This document shows, in pieces, positions 39,582-48,108 of a DNA stretch of 64,000 nt. The notes beneath the pieces were generated by a model. It was not told the origin of the DNA and did not search any database. It saw only the letters and a list, made by a program, of their open reading frames with translations. Within the stretch, counting starts at the first letter, position 1; every line of letters starts with the position of its first letter. A program made the position numbers and the translations under genes. The stretch comes from a virus, in IMG/VR virus record IMGVR_UViG_3300029822_001076; one strand, written 5' to 3'.

Positions 39582-39792
39582 CAAACATGCTCTTGAAGCA
39601 CTAAGGAAATCCTATCCAAGAGGAGCCAGAGTGGAGCTTTTAAAGATGGATGATCCGCAGGCGCCTCCTGTAGGTACGAAAGGCACGGTGATTGCCGTCG
39701 ATGACATCGGAAGCATCCTTGTCCGCTGGGACAACGGCTCGGGACTCAATGTCGTTTATGGTGAGGATTCTGCGAGGAGGATTGATGAATGA
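39568..39792 (+). CDS. DUF4314-like protein
   Basis: YPRGARVELLKMDDPQAPPVGTKGTV..VDDIG...WDNGSGL. Confidence 0.75.
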   Translation: MRTINKHALEALRKSYPRGARVELLKMDDPQAPPVGTKGTVIAVDDIGSILVRWDNGSGLNVVYGEDSARRIDE

Positions 39793-39983
39793 GCTTAAAA
39801 GAGCAAATCATTACTATCCGTGACAGCGGCAAGACCAATATGCTGGACAGCTATATGGTGCAGCGCATCGCTAATGAGATGGACTTTTACGAATTGGTGA
39901 TTTTCATCGAGGAAAACAGAGCCGACTACGGCAGGTTTATTCTTACAGGTGATGAGAAATACTTGTCCAATAGCGACAGGTAA
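39789..39983 (+). CDS. DUF5049-like protein
   Basis: EQIITIRDSGKTNMLD...ELVIFIEE...FILTG. Confidence 0.7.
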   Translation: MSLKEQIITIRDSGKTNMLDSYMVQRIANEMDFYELVIFIEENRADYGRFILTGDEKYLSNSDR

Positions 39984-40014
39984 TCTTGCTGATAATTTGT
40001 GCATAAGTAGGCTT

Positions 40015-40085
40015 AAAACCCTGCAAATAAAGGCTTTTAGGACTTGGCTTTTACCTCTTTTAGAGCGAATATGTACGTACAAAAA
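40015..40085 (+). repeat. 71-bp direct repeat copy B
   Basis: See copy A. Confidence 0.8.
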
Positions 40086-40102
40086 CAAGGGAGGTCAAGG
40101 AT

Positions 40103-40261
40103 ATGACAAACAAGGAATTAAAAAGAAAGAGTTTTTTAGAAGCAACGAAGAGACTTGAAGAAAAGAAGCGTTTAGCGAAGGAAAAAGACCCTGCAAGAGC
40201 CGCTTATGAAGCCGGCGAAATCAGCTGGAACGAATACCTCAAAAGGAGCTGCCAGAAATGA
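40103..40261 (+). CDS. 52-aa basic protein (below the ORF-track cut-off)
   Basis: MTNKELKRKSFLEATKRLEEKKRLAKEKDPARAAYEAGEISWNEYLKRSCQK. RBS GGGAGG. Confidence 0.55.
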   Translation: MTNKELKRKSFLEATKRLEEKKRLAKEKDPARAAYEAGEISWNEYLKRSCQK

Positions 40262-40512
40262 GAGACTTTACAACATTAAGAAAACTTGGCAAGCATAGAG
40301 ACCAGTACTTTTCAGCAGTCGTACGGTGGAATGACCAGGTGTTTTTCGCTGCTCCTGCAAAAAATGGCGGCTACCTAGCAAGAATCTATGAGATGGTCGA
40401 CCTTGAAGATGCTCCGAGCGAGCTTGATGCAAGATTGTCTCTAATAGCGGAACCGGAAGAGCGATTTAAAGACAGCGGTCACGCCATCAAATGGTGCTTT
40501 GAGCACGCCTAG
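40258..40512 (+). CDS. Hypothetical protein
   Basis: ATGA-coupled to the previous ORF and followed by a hairpin with a T-run. Confidence 0.55.
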   Translation: MRDFTTLRKLGKHRDQYFSAVVRWNDQVFFAAPAKNGGYLARIYEMVDLEDAPSELDARLSLIAEPEERFKDSGHAIKWCFEHA

Positions 40513-40605
40513 TTACAACTGAAAAATAAAGTGCATCAGCCCTTAGGGGCTTTTGCTCGTAGTACGGCCTAAGGGGTCGTTTTTTTATTTGGAGAGGAGG
40601 ACGGC

Positions 40606-42207
40606 ATGAGAAAACTTGAAAACTATACACCGACAAAATTCATGCTGCCCACATCCCACTACGATGAGGATATGGCGGATCGTGCTGTGACCTTCATCAA
40701 TCTCCTTAAACATACTAAGGGCGAGTGGTACGGCAAGCCCTTTGATTTGATTGACTGGCAGGAGCAGATTGTCCGCGACCTCTTCGGCATCGTAAAACCT
40801 AACGGCTATCGGCAGTTTAACTTTGCTTATGTTGAGATACCGAAAAAACAAGGCAAGAGTGAGCTTGCCGCTGCCATTGCTTTATACCTGACCTGCGGCG
40901 ACTTTGAATATGGAGGCGAGATTTATGGCTGTGCTGCCGACCGTCAGCAGGCATCCATCGTCTTTGATGTCGCTGTGCAGATGGTGGAACAAAACCCTGC
41001 GCTGAAGGCCAGAATCAAGCCTTTGATATCACAGAAGCGGCTTATTTATAAACCTCTAAACAGTTTTTATCAAGTCTTATCCTCCGAAGCTTATACCAAA
41101 CACGGTCTCAATGTTCACGGAGTTGTTTTTGATGAGCTTCATGCTCAGCCTAACCGCCAGCTCTACGATGTTATGACCAAAGGCTCGGGCGATGCTAGAA
41201 AGCAGCCGCTCTACTTCCTGATCACAACAGCGGGAACGGATAGGCACTCTATCTGCTGGGAAGTTCATCAAAAAGCGGAGGATATCCTTGCAGGGAGAAA
41301 GCGGGATCCGAGCTTTTACCCTGTCATCTTCGGAGCGGATGAGGATGAAGATTGGACAGATGAGAAAGTCTGGAAGAAGGCCAATCCTTCACTTGGTATT
41401 ACCGTTGATATTGAAAAACTTCGACTTGCCTGCAACAGCGCCAAGCAAAACCCTGCTGAGGAGAATATCTTCAGGCAGTTAAGGCTCAATCAATGGGTGA
41501 AGCAGTCTGTCCGTTGGATGCCGATGGAAAAGTGGGATGCCTGCAGCTTCCCGGCCAGCAAAACAGAGCTTCTCGGCCGTGTTTGCTACGCCGGGCTTGA
41601 CCTTTCAAGCACGACCGACTTGACCGCCTTTGTCCTGGTCTTTCCTCCGGAAACAGATGAGGAGCCTTATTTTGTCCTTCCGTATTTTTGGATACCGGAA
41701 GAGAATGTGCCGCTTAGGGTAAGCCGAGACCATGTGCCTTATGATGTCTGGAAAAAAGAAGGCTTTCTTCTTACGACTGAAGGCAATGTTGTGCATTACG
41801 GTTTTATTGAGAAGTTTATTGAAGACTTAGGCATGAAATACAACATTCGTGAAATCGCCTTTGATCGCTGGGGTGCGGTGCAAATGAGCCAGAACTTGGA
41901 AGACATGGGCTTTACCGTAGTTCCCTTCGGGCAAGGATACAAGGACATGAGTCCTCCGACTAAAGAGTTGATGAAGCTGGTCTTGGAAGAAAAACTCGCA
42001 CACGGCGGGCATCCTGTTCTTCGCTGGTGCGTTGATAATATTTTTGTTCGCACTGACCCGGCTGGAAACATCAAGCCGGACAAGGAAAAATCAACCGAGC
42101 GAATTGACGGAGCGGTAGCTCTTATCATGGCCCTTGATCGGGCAATCAGAAATCAAGGGAGTGACTCCGGCTCTGTTTATGACGAGCGAGGGTTGCTACT
42201 CTTTTAG
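40606..42207 (+). CDS. Terminase large subunit
   Basis: Walker A IPKKQGKS, FDELH, ITTAG, GLDLSSTTD, IDGAVALIMA. Confidence 0.95.
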   Translation: MRKLENYTPTKFMLPTSHYDEDMADRAVTFINLLKHTKGEWYGKPFDLIDWQEQIVRDLFGIVKPNGYRQFNFAYVEIPKKQGKSELAAAIALYLTCGDFEYGGEIYGCAADRQQASIVFDVAVQMVEQNPALKARIKPLISQKRLIYKPLNSFYQVLSSEAYTKHGLNVHGVVFDELHAQPNRQLYDVMTKGSGDARKQPLYFLITTAGTDRHSICWEVHQKAEDILAGRKRDPSFYPVIFGADEDEDWTDEKVWKKANPSLGITVDIEKLRLACNSAKQNPAEENIFRQLRLNQWVKQSVRWMPMEKWDACSFPASKTELLGRVCYAGLDLSSTTDLTAFVLVFPPETDEEPYFVLPYFWIPEENVPLRVSRDHVPYDVWKKEGFLLTTEGNVVHYGFIEKFIEDLGMKYNIREIAFDRWGAVQMSQNLEDMGFTVVPFGQGYKDMSPPTKELMKLVLEEKLAHGGHPVLRWCVDNIFVRTDPAGNIKPDKEKSTERIDGAVALIMALDRAIRNQGSDSGSVYDERGLLLF

Positions 42208-42231
42208 AAAAATGCAAGGAGGTGATGTCCT

Positions 42232-43458
42232 CTGGGACTTCTAAAAAATCTATTCAAAAGCCGAGACAAGCCGGAGCTGACAAAACCGTCAGTATTCCGA
42301 TTTTTCTTTGCTCCGTCCTTTTCCGGCAAACAGGTGACGGAGAAAAACGCCATGCAATCGGCGGCGGTTTACGCTTGTGTCAGAGTCATCGCTGAGACCG
42401 TTGCAAGCTTGCCCTTGCACCTTTATCGCTATGTCGATGAAGGTAAAAAGCGGGACACAAGACATCCTTTGTACTTTCTCCTGCACGATGCACCGAATCC
42501 GGAAATGACCTCGTTCATTTTCAGGGAGACCATGATGACGCATCTTTTGCTATGGGGGAACAGCTATTCACAGATACTGAGAAACGGACATGGCGAAATT
42601 ACTGGGTTATATCCCCTTTTGCCGGACAAGATGCAGGTCAGCCGCAACGAGGAGGATGAACTCATCTACCTTTACCAAAGCGGCATGAAGAATATAGCGT
42701 TTCGCAAAGAAGAAATCCTTCATATTCCCGGCCTTGGATTTGACGGCCTGGTCGGCTACTCGCCGATTACAATGGCGAGAAACGCCATCGGCATGGCTAT
42801 GGCAACAGAGGAATTTGGGGCGAGTTTCTTCGCAAACGGAGCCGCACCGGGCGGTATTTTGGAGCATCCGGGGACGCTTAAGGACCCGTCCAAGGTTAGG
42901 GAAAGCTGGAACCAGCTCTTTCAAGGCTCCGGCAATGCAAATAAGGTGGCTGTCCTCGAGGAAGGCATGACCTACAAGCAGATCGGGATTCCACCGAATG
43001 AAGCACAGTTTCTTGAAACAAGAAAGTACCAGACGGAGGAAATCTGTCGTATCTACCGTGTGCCGCCACATCTGGTGGCAGACCTCGACAAAGCGACTTT
43101 TTCCAATATCGAGCATCAGTCTATTAGCTTTGTCGTTCACACCATTAGACCTTGGCTGGTTCGACTCGAGCAGGCGATGAACAAGACACTTCTTTACCCA
43201 TCTGAACGACAAGATTATTTTGTTGAGTTCAATGTGGACGGTCTTCTTCGAGGTGACTATGAAAGCAGGATGCGCGGCTATGCTACAGCCAGACAAAACG
43301 GTTGGATGAGCGCCAACGATATCAGGAGGCTTGAAAACATGAACCTAATATCAAAAGAAGAAGGAGGAGATCTGTACTTGATCAACGGCAACATGACCAA
43401 ACTTGAAGACGCTGGCATCTTTGCCGGCAGGGAGGTGAAAGCAAATGGAAAAACGTAA
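42232..43458 (+). CDS. HK97-family portal protein, apparent CTG start
   Basis: AVYACVRVIAETVASLPL, GLVGYSPI, AQFLETRKYQ. AGGAGG precedes CTG 42232, and an in-frame stop lies at 42223. Confidence 0.9.
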   Translation: MGLLKNLFKSRDKPELTKPSVFRFFFAPSFSGKQVTEKNAMQSAAVYACVRVIAETVASLPLHLYRYVDEGKKRDTRHPLYFLLHDAPNPEMTSFIFRETMMTHLLLWGNSYSQILRNGHGEITGLYPLLPDKMQVSRNEEDELIYLYQSGMKNIAFRKEEILHIPGLGFDGLVGYSPITMARNAIGMAMATEEFGASFFANGAAPGGILEHPGTLKDPSKVRESWNQLFQGSGNANKVAVLEEGMTYKQIGIPPNEAQFLETRKYQTEEICRIYRVPPHLVADLDKATFSNIEHQSISFVVHTIRPWLVRLEQAMNKTLLYPSERQDYFVEFNVDGLLRGDYESRMRGYATARQNGWMSANDIRRLENMNLISKEEGGDLYLINGNMTKLEDAGIFAGREVKANGKT

Positions 43459-44200
43459 GTTCTGGGTCTTTCAACGAGGAGATCCGGAAAAGGGAGAAAC
43501 CGTCCTAAGACTGGACGGACCGATTGCAAAAGAGAGCTGGTTTGGCGATGAGGTCACACCGGCTCTTTTCTTGTCGGAGCTGGAAAGACATCCGGGAGAT
43601 TTAACGGTCTGGATCAACTCTCCGGGCGGCGACGTCTTTGCGGCATCACAGATCTACACCATGCTCATGGACCATCAGGGAAAAATCACGGTCAAAGTAG
43701 AGGGCCTAGCCGCTTCTGCCGCTTCTGTCATTGCGATGGCCGGCGGCGAAGTGTTGATGAGTCCCTCTTCCATGATGATGATCCATAACCCGACGACCAT
43801 TGCCGAGGGCTGGAAAGACGAGATGGAAAGAGCCGTAAACATTCTTGAGGAGGTCAAAGCCTCCATCATCAATGCCTACGAACTCAAGACCGGGCTTTCA
43901 AGGCATAAGATCTCCCAACTGATGGACGACGAGACATGGATGAATGCAAGGAAGGCAAAGGAGCTGGGATTTTGCGACGGTTTTCTTTTCACCGGAGAAG
44001 AAAGCGAACCGGAGGAAGGCATGGCTTATGCCGCCAGAAAAATGGTGGCTCAAGTCCTAAATAAAATCGGCCCTGATGCTGTTTTTAAGAAAGAAGCGGA
44101 GGATACAAAACCCGCAGAAAAAACAGACATCCAAGAACAATCCGAAACAGGCACAAGATACACAGAGCTGGAAAAAAGGCTCGAACTTTTACGTCATTAA
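43445..44200 (+). CDS. ClpP-like head maturation protease
   Basis: WINSPGGDV, AASAASVIAMAG, MIHNP. Confidence 0.92.
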   Translation: MEKRKFWVFQRGDPEKGETVLRLDGPIAKESWFGDEVTPALFLSELERHPGDLTVWINSPGGDVFAASQIYTMLMDHQGKITVKVEGLAASAASVIAMAGGEVLMSPSSMMMIHNPTTIAEGWKDEMERAVNILEEVKASIINAYELKTGLSRHKISQLMDDETWMNARKAKELGFCDGFLFTGEESEPEEGMAYAARKMVAQVLNKIGPDAVFKKEAEDTKPAEKTDIQEQSETGTRYTELEKRLELLRH

Positions 44201-44213
44201 GGAGGACGAAGAA

Positions 44214-45410
44214 ATGAATAAAATTCAGGAACTGAGAAACAAGCGCCTTGAAGTTTGGGAAAAGGCTAAGGCATTTTTGGAAGAGAAGCGAGACGACAAA
44301 GGCATCGTCTCAGCAGAAAACACGGCCGCCTACGAAAAGATGGAACAGGAAGTCGTCGATCTTGGAAAAGAAATCGACCGCCTGGAACGCCAACGGGACA
44401 TGGACATGAAGCTTAACGAGGCGACCAGCCGTCCTGTGGTGACAAACCCTATGCAGGCCAAGGAAGACAAGACCGGCAGGGGCAGTGATGCCTACAAGCG
44501 TGACTTCTGGAATCTTATGAGAAAGAAGAACGCTGTTATTACGAACGCCCTGCAGGTCGGTACGGACTCCGAGGGCGGCTATTTGGCTCCGGATGAGTTT
44601 GAACAGACGCTTGTGGAAGCGTTGGAAGAAGAAAACATCTTCAGAAAAATCGCTCATGTCATTCAGACCTCTTCCGGCGACCGCAAAATCCCCGTTGTTG
44701 CAACAAAAGGCACGGCTAGCTGGGTAGATGAAGAAGCAGCTATCCCGGAATCTGATCCTGCCTTCGGCCAGGTCTCCATCGGTGCTTATAAGCTGGCGAC
44801 CATGCTCAAAGTCTCCGAGGAACTTTTAAACGACTCGGTCTTTGACCTGGAGAGCTACATCGCTAAAGAATTCGGCAGGCGCATGGGTTCTAAAGAAGAG
44901 GAAGCTTTCCTCATCGGCGACGGCACAGGCAAGCCTACAGGTATTTTCCAAACCGTAGGCGGTGGAGAAGTTGGCGTTACGGCTGCGTCGGATAAAGCAG
45001 TGACGGCAGATGAGCTGATCGACCTCTTCTATTCGCTCCGTGCACCGTACAGGAAAAATGCCGTCTTTATTATGAACGATGCGACGGTGAAGTTGATTAG
45101 GAAGCTTAAGGACAATACCGGACAGTATCTCTGGCAGCCGGCTCTTACGGCAGGCACACCGGATACCATTTTGAATCGTCCCGTGTACACGTCAAGCTTT
45201 GCTCCTCTGGCAGAGGGTGGAGCGTTGGCGATTGCTTTCGGCGACTTTTCCTACTACTGGATCGCCGACCGTCAGGGCAGGTCTTTCCAAAGATTGAATG
45301 AGCTCTTTGCCGCAACGGGACAAGTTGGCTTTAAGGCTACACAACGAGTGGACGGAAAGCTAATCCTGCCTGAGAGCGTGAAGCTCTTGCAGATGAAGGC
45401 CGGCGCTTAA
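44214..45410 (+). CDS. HK97-fold major capsid protein
   Basis: Coiled-coil delta domain, EGGYLAP, ASWVDE, FGDFSYYWIADR. Start at ATG 44214. Confidence 0.93.
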   Translation: MNKIQELRNKRLEVWEKAKAFLEEKRDDKGIVSAENTAAYEKMEQEVVDLGKEIDRLERQRDMDMKLNEATSRPVVTNPMQAKEDKTGRGSDAYKRDFWNLMRKKNAVITNALQVGTDSEGGYLAPDEFEQTLVEALEEENIFRKIAHVIQTSSGDRKIPVVATKGTASWVDEEAAIPESDPAFGQVSIGAYKLATMLKVSEELLNDSVFDLESYIAKEFGRRMGSKEEEAFLIGDGTGKPTGIFQTVGGGEVGVTAASDKAVTADELIDLFYSLRAPYRKNAVFIMNDATVKLIRKLKDNTGQYLWQPALTAGTPDTILNRPVYTSSFAPLAEGGALAIAFGDFSYYWIADRQGRSFQRLNELFAATGQVGFKATQRVDGKLILPESVKLLQMKAGA

Positions 45411-45420
45411 GGAGGAAACG

Positions 45421-45738
45421 ATGAACGCAGAGGAGCTTCTTCATCCATTAAAAGAAAATCTGGTTGTGGAGCATGACGCGGATGATCCCCTCATGCTCCG
45501 CTGCCTTTCCTCTGCGATTTCCTATGCAGAGGGATACCAGAAAAAAGGGCCGGATCACTATCAAAGTCATCCGATGACAGAAAGCACGAAGCAGGCCGTG
45601 ATCGTCCTTGCCTCTTTCTTTTATGAAAGCAGGGACGGTTCTACGGCCGGCTTCTTTTCCGATTCTCCCGATGCTGCGAAACAGGTCTGGGAGACAGTGA
45701 AACTTCTGCTTCAAGGTGATAAGGACGTGATCCTATGA
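45421..45738 (+). CDS. Head-tail connector (gp6-like)
   Basis: Size, synteny and LKENLVVEHDADD pattern. Confidence 0.8.
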   Translation: MNAEELLHPLKENLVVEHDADDPLMLRCLSSAISYAEGYQKKGPDHYQSHPMTESTKQAVIVLASFFYESRDGSTAGFFSDSPDAAKQVWETVKLLLQGDKDVIL

Positions 45739-46079
45739 GCATTAAATTGACACATTTTATTGAGCTTTTCCGCGTGGAACAAGGAACGGACGAGGATGGT
45801 TTTCCGGTAGAGCGTGACGAACTTTTAGTAAGCGTCAGAGCCTACCGGGAAGACCGCTATGGCAGTGAAATGTGGAAGAATAGAAGTCTTTTTTCCAAAG
45901 CGACGGTGCTCTTTCGCATCCGCTCCATCCCCGGCATCACACTTGATACCCGGTGTGTGGTGGTGACGGAGGACGGCAGATACAACATCCTCTCCGTCGA
46001 AGATATCCGTCATAAAGGGCTCTACTGGGAGATCTTGGCTGAAAAGGTCGATACGGAAGGGGTGGTCAAAGATGGCTAG
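45735..46079 (+). CDS. Head closure protein
   Basis: Size, synteny and beta-rich pattern. Confidence 0.75.
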   Translation: MSIKLTHFIELFRVEQGTDEDGFPVERDELLVSVRAYREDRYGSEMWKNRSLFSKATVLFRIRSIPGITLDTRCVVVTEDGRYNILSVEDIRHKGLYWEILAEKVDTEGVVKDG

Positions 46080-46503
46080 GTGTGAAATCAAGATGCCGGA
46101 TGAGTTTTTGGACAAACTCTCAAAGCTCGGCGACCGCTTTGACCAGGCAGCCCCTAAGATTTTACAAAGCGGCGGCAAGGTTGTGCTTTCGCAGATGAAG
46201 GCAAACCTTGAAGGCAGGATCGGTAAAGATACCAAGTACCCTTCCCGCTCTAAGGGCGACCTTGTCAGAAGTCTCGGCATTACACCGGCCTTGCAGGATA
46301 GAAACGGCGAGTGGAATATCCGGGTGGGTGTCGGAGATTCCAAAGACCGTGAGGGTGTGCCGAATGCACTGAAAGCCCAGGTCTTGGAGTACGGAAAGTC
46401 CGGTCAGAAGGCAAAGCCCTGGATGAAGCCTGCCAGACGAAAGGCAAGAAAGCCTGCTATCCATGCGATGGAAGAGACGCTGAAAAGGGAGCTTGACATA
46501 TGA
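46072..46503 (+). CDS. HK97 gp10-like tail component
   Basis: LEYGKSGQKAKPWMKPA motif. Confidence 0.8.
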   Translation: MARCEIKMPDEFLDKLSKLGDRFDQAAPKILQSGGKVVLSQMKANLEGRIGKDTKYPSRSKGDLVRSLGITPALQDRNGEWNIRVGVGDSKDREGVPNALKAQVLEYGKSGQKAKPWMKPARRKARKPAIHAMEETLKRELDI

Positions 46504-46835
46504 GTGCATTAGCGGAACTGAAAAGAATAGCAGAAGAGTTAGGACTTCCGTCAGGAGCCGTTTCTTTTGAAAAGAAGGCACCGGAAACCTACCTCGTCTT
46601 TACACCGCTTTATGATGACTTGTTACTCTATGCCGACAACAGACCGTTAGTGGAGACGGAGGAAGTCCGCATCTCACTATTCAGCAAGGAAAACTATCTT
46701 CTTTGGAAAAGACGGTTGACGGACATCTTGCTGGAGCAGGACTTCATCATCACGGAGCGGAGGTTTTTAGAACTTGAAGAAGACACAGGATACTACCATT
46801 ACAGCCTGGACGTGGCGAAAGAATACGTCAGATAA
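46500..46835 (+). CDS. Tail terminator-like protein
   Basis: Synteny before the major tail protein. Confidence 0.65.
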   Translation: MSALAELKRIAEELGLPSGAVSFEKKAPETYLVFTPLYDDLLLYADNRPLVETEEVRISLFSKENYLLWKRRLTDILLEQDFIITERRFLELEEDTGYYHYSLDVAKEYVR

Positions 46836-46848
46836 GGAGGAATGAACT

Positions 46849-47442
46849 ATGGCAACGATAGGCCTGGACAAATTATATTATGCAAAAATTACCGAAGACG
46901 CATCCGGTGAGGAAACCTATGATGCGCCCGTACAGCTGGCGAAAGCCATCACGGCGGAACTGTCGGTGGAACTTGCCGAAGCGATCCTTTATGCCGATGA
47001 CGGTGCATCGGAAATTGTAAAAGAGTTCAAAAGCGGAACGCTGTCGCTCGGTGTAGACGACATCGGCAGTACGGCGGCATCGGATTTAACAGGTGCCGTG
47101 ATTGATACGAATAATGTGCTGATCTCCTCGTCGGAAGACGGCGGACTGCCTGTCGCTATTGGATTTAGGGCAAAGAAATCAAACGGCAAATACCGTTATT
47201 TCTGGCTTTACCGGGTGAAATTCGGAATTCCGGCGACGAACCTTGAAACGAAGGGCGACTCCATCACCTTCTCTACACCAACCATTGAAGGCACCATCAT
47301 GCGGCGAAACAAGCCGGATGCGGAAGGAAGACATCCTTGGAAGGCGGAAGTGACCGAGGGCGATGCAGGCGTGGCTCAAGAAGTCATCACTGGTTGGTAT
47401 GACAACGTTTATGAACCAGTCTTTACACCGGTTGCACCATAA
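46849..47442 (+). CDS. Major tail protein (phi13-like)
   Basis: MATIGLDKLYYAKI, LYADDG, VAIGFRAKKSNG. Confidence 0.88.
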   Translation: MATIGLDKLYYAKITEDASGEETYDAPVQLAKAITAELSVELAEAILYADDGASEIVKEFKSGTLSLGVDDIGSTAASDLTGAVIDTNNVLISSSEDGGLPVAIGFRAKKSNGKYRYFWLYRVKFGIPATNLETKGDSITFSTPTIEGTIMRRNKPDAEGRHPWKAEVTEGDAGVAQEVITGWYDNVYEPVFTPVAP

Positions 47443-47454
47443 GGAGGTTGGCGT

Positions 47455-47838
47455 ATGTATCAAGAATATATGACGAAGATTAAAGTCGGCGAGAAAGAAT
47501 ATGAGCTTCTCTTAACGACTAAAGCGACCAAGGAAATCGCCGGGCGCTATGGCGGTCTTGAAAATCTCGGCGACAAGCTCATGAAAGCGGAGAACTTTGA
47601 GATGGCTCTGGGTGAGATCATTTGGCTGATTACACTTCTTGCGAACCAGCCGATCTTAATTCACAACTTAAAACATAAGGATGATAAACAAGAGCTTTTA
47701 ACCGAAGAGGAAGTGGAGCTTTTGACTTCTCCGATGGATTTGGCGGAATACAAGGACGCCATTACGGACGCACTTTTAAAGGCGACCAAACGGAACATCG
47801 AAAGTGAGACTGACTCAAAAAACGCAGTGGCCGGGTAA
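47455..47838 (+). CDS. Tail assembly chaperone gpG
   Basis: Synteny. Ends just after the slippery site A AAA AAC (47817-47823). Confidence 0.8.
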   Translation: MYQEYMTKIKVGEKEYELLLTTKATKEIAGRYGGLENLGDKLMKAENFEMALGEIIWLITLLANQPILIHNLKHKDDKQELLTEEEVELLTSPMDLAEYKDAITDALLKATKRNIESETDSKNAVAG

Positions 47839-48026
47839 GTGACGGAGAGTTATTTACCAGGCTTTTATATTTCGGGCTGAGCTGGCTTCACTTGTCGCAG
47901 GATGAGGTCTGGCTCATGCCCTTTTCTTTGCTCTTAGACCTAATGGAATGCCATAGACAATATGAAGGAATAGTAAGGCCCAAGCGAGAGTTTTCCATTG
48001 ATGAGGTGATCCCAAGCGGGATTTAA
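47817..48026 (+). CDS. -1 frameshift extension gpT of the tail assembly chaperone (gpGT)
   Basis: The -1 frame stays open as KRSGRVSDGELFTRLLYFG...DEVIPSGI until TAA 48024-26. Confidence 0.75.
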   Translation, partial: KKRSGRVSDGELFTRLLYFGLSWLHLSQDEVWLMPFSLLLDLMECHRQYEGIVRPKREFSIDEVIPSGI

Positions 48027-48108
48027 AAAGTATTCACTGTGCAGGACGGCATCTACCCCGAGGGAAGGTGCTTTTTTCTTGCTCTTTTTCGGGAAGGAGG
48101 TGGCATAG

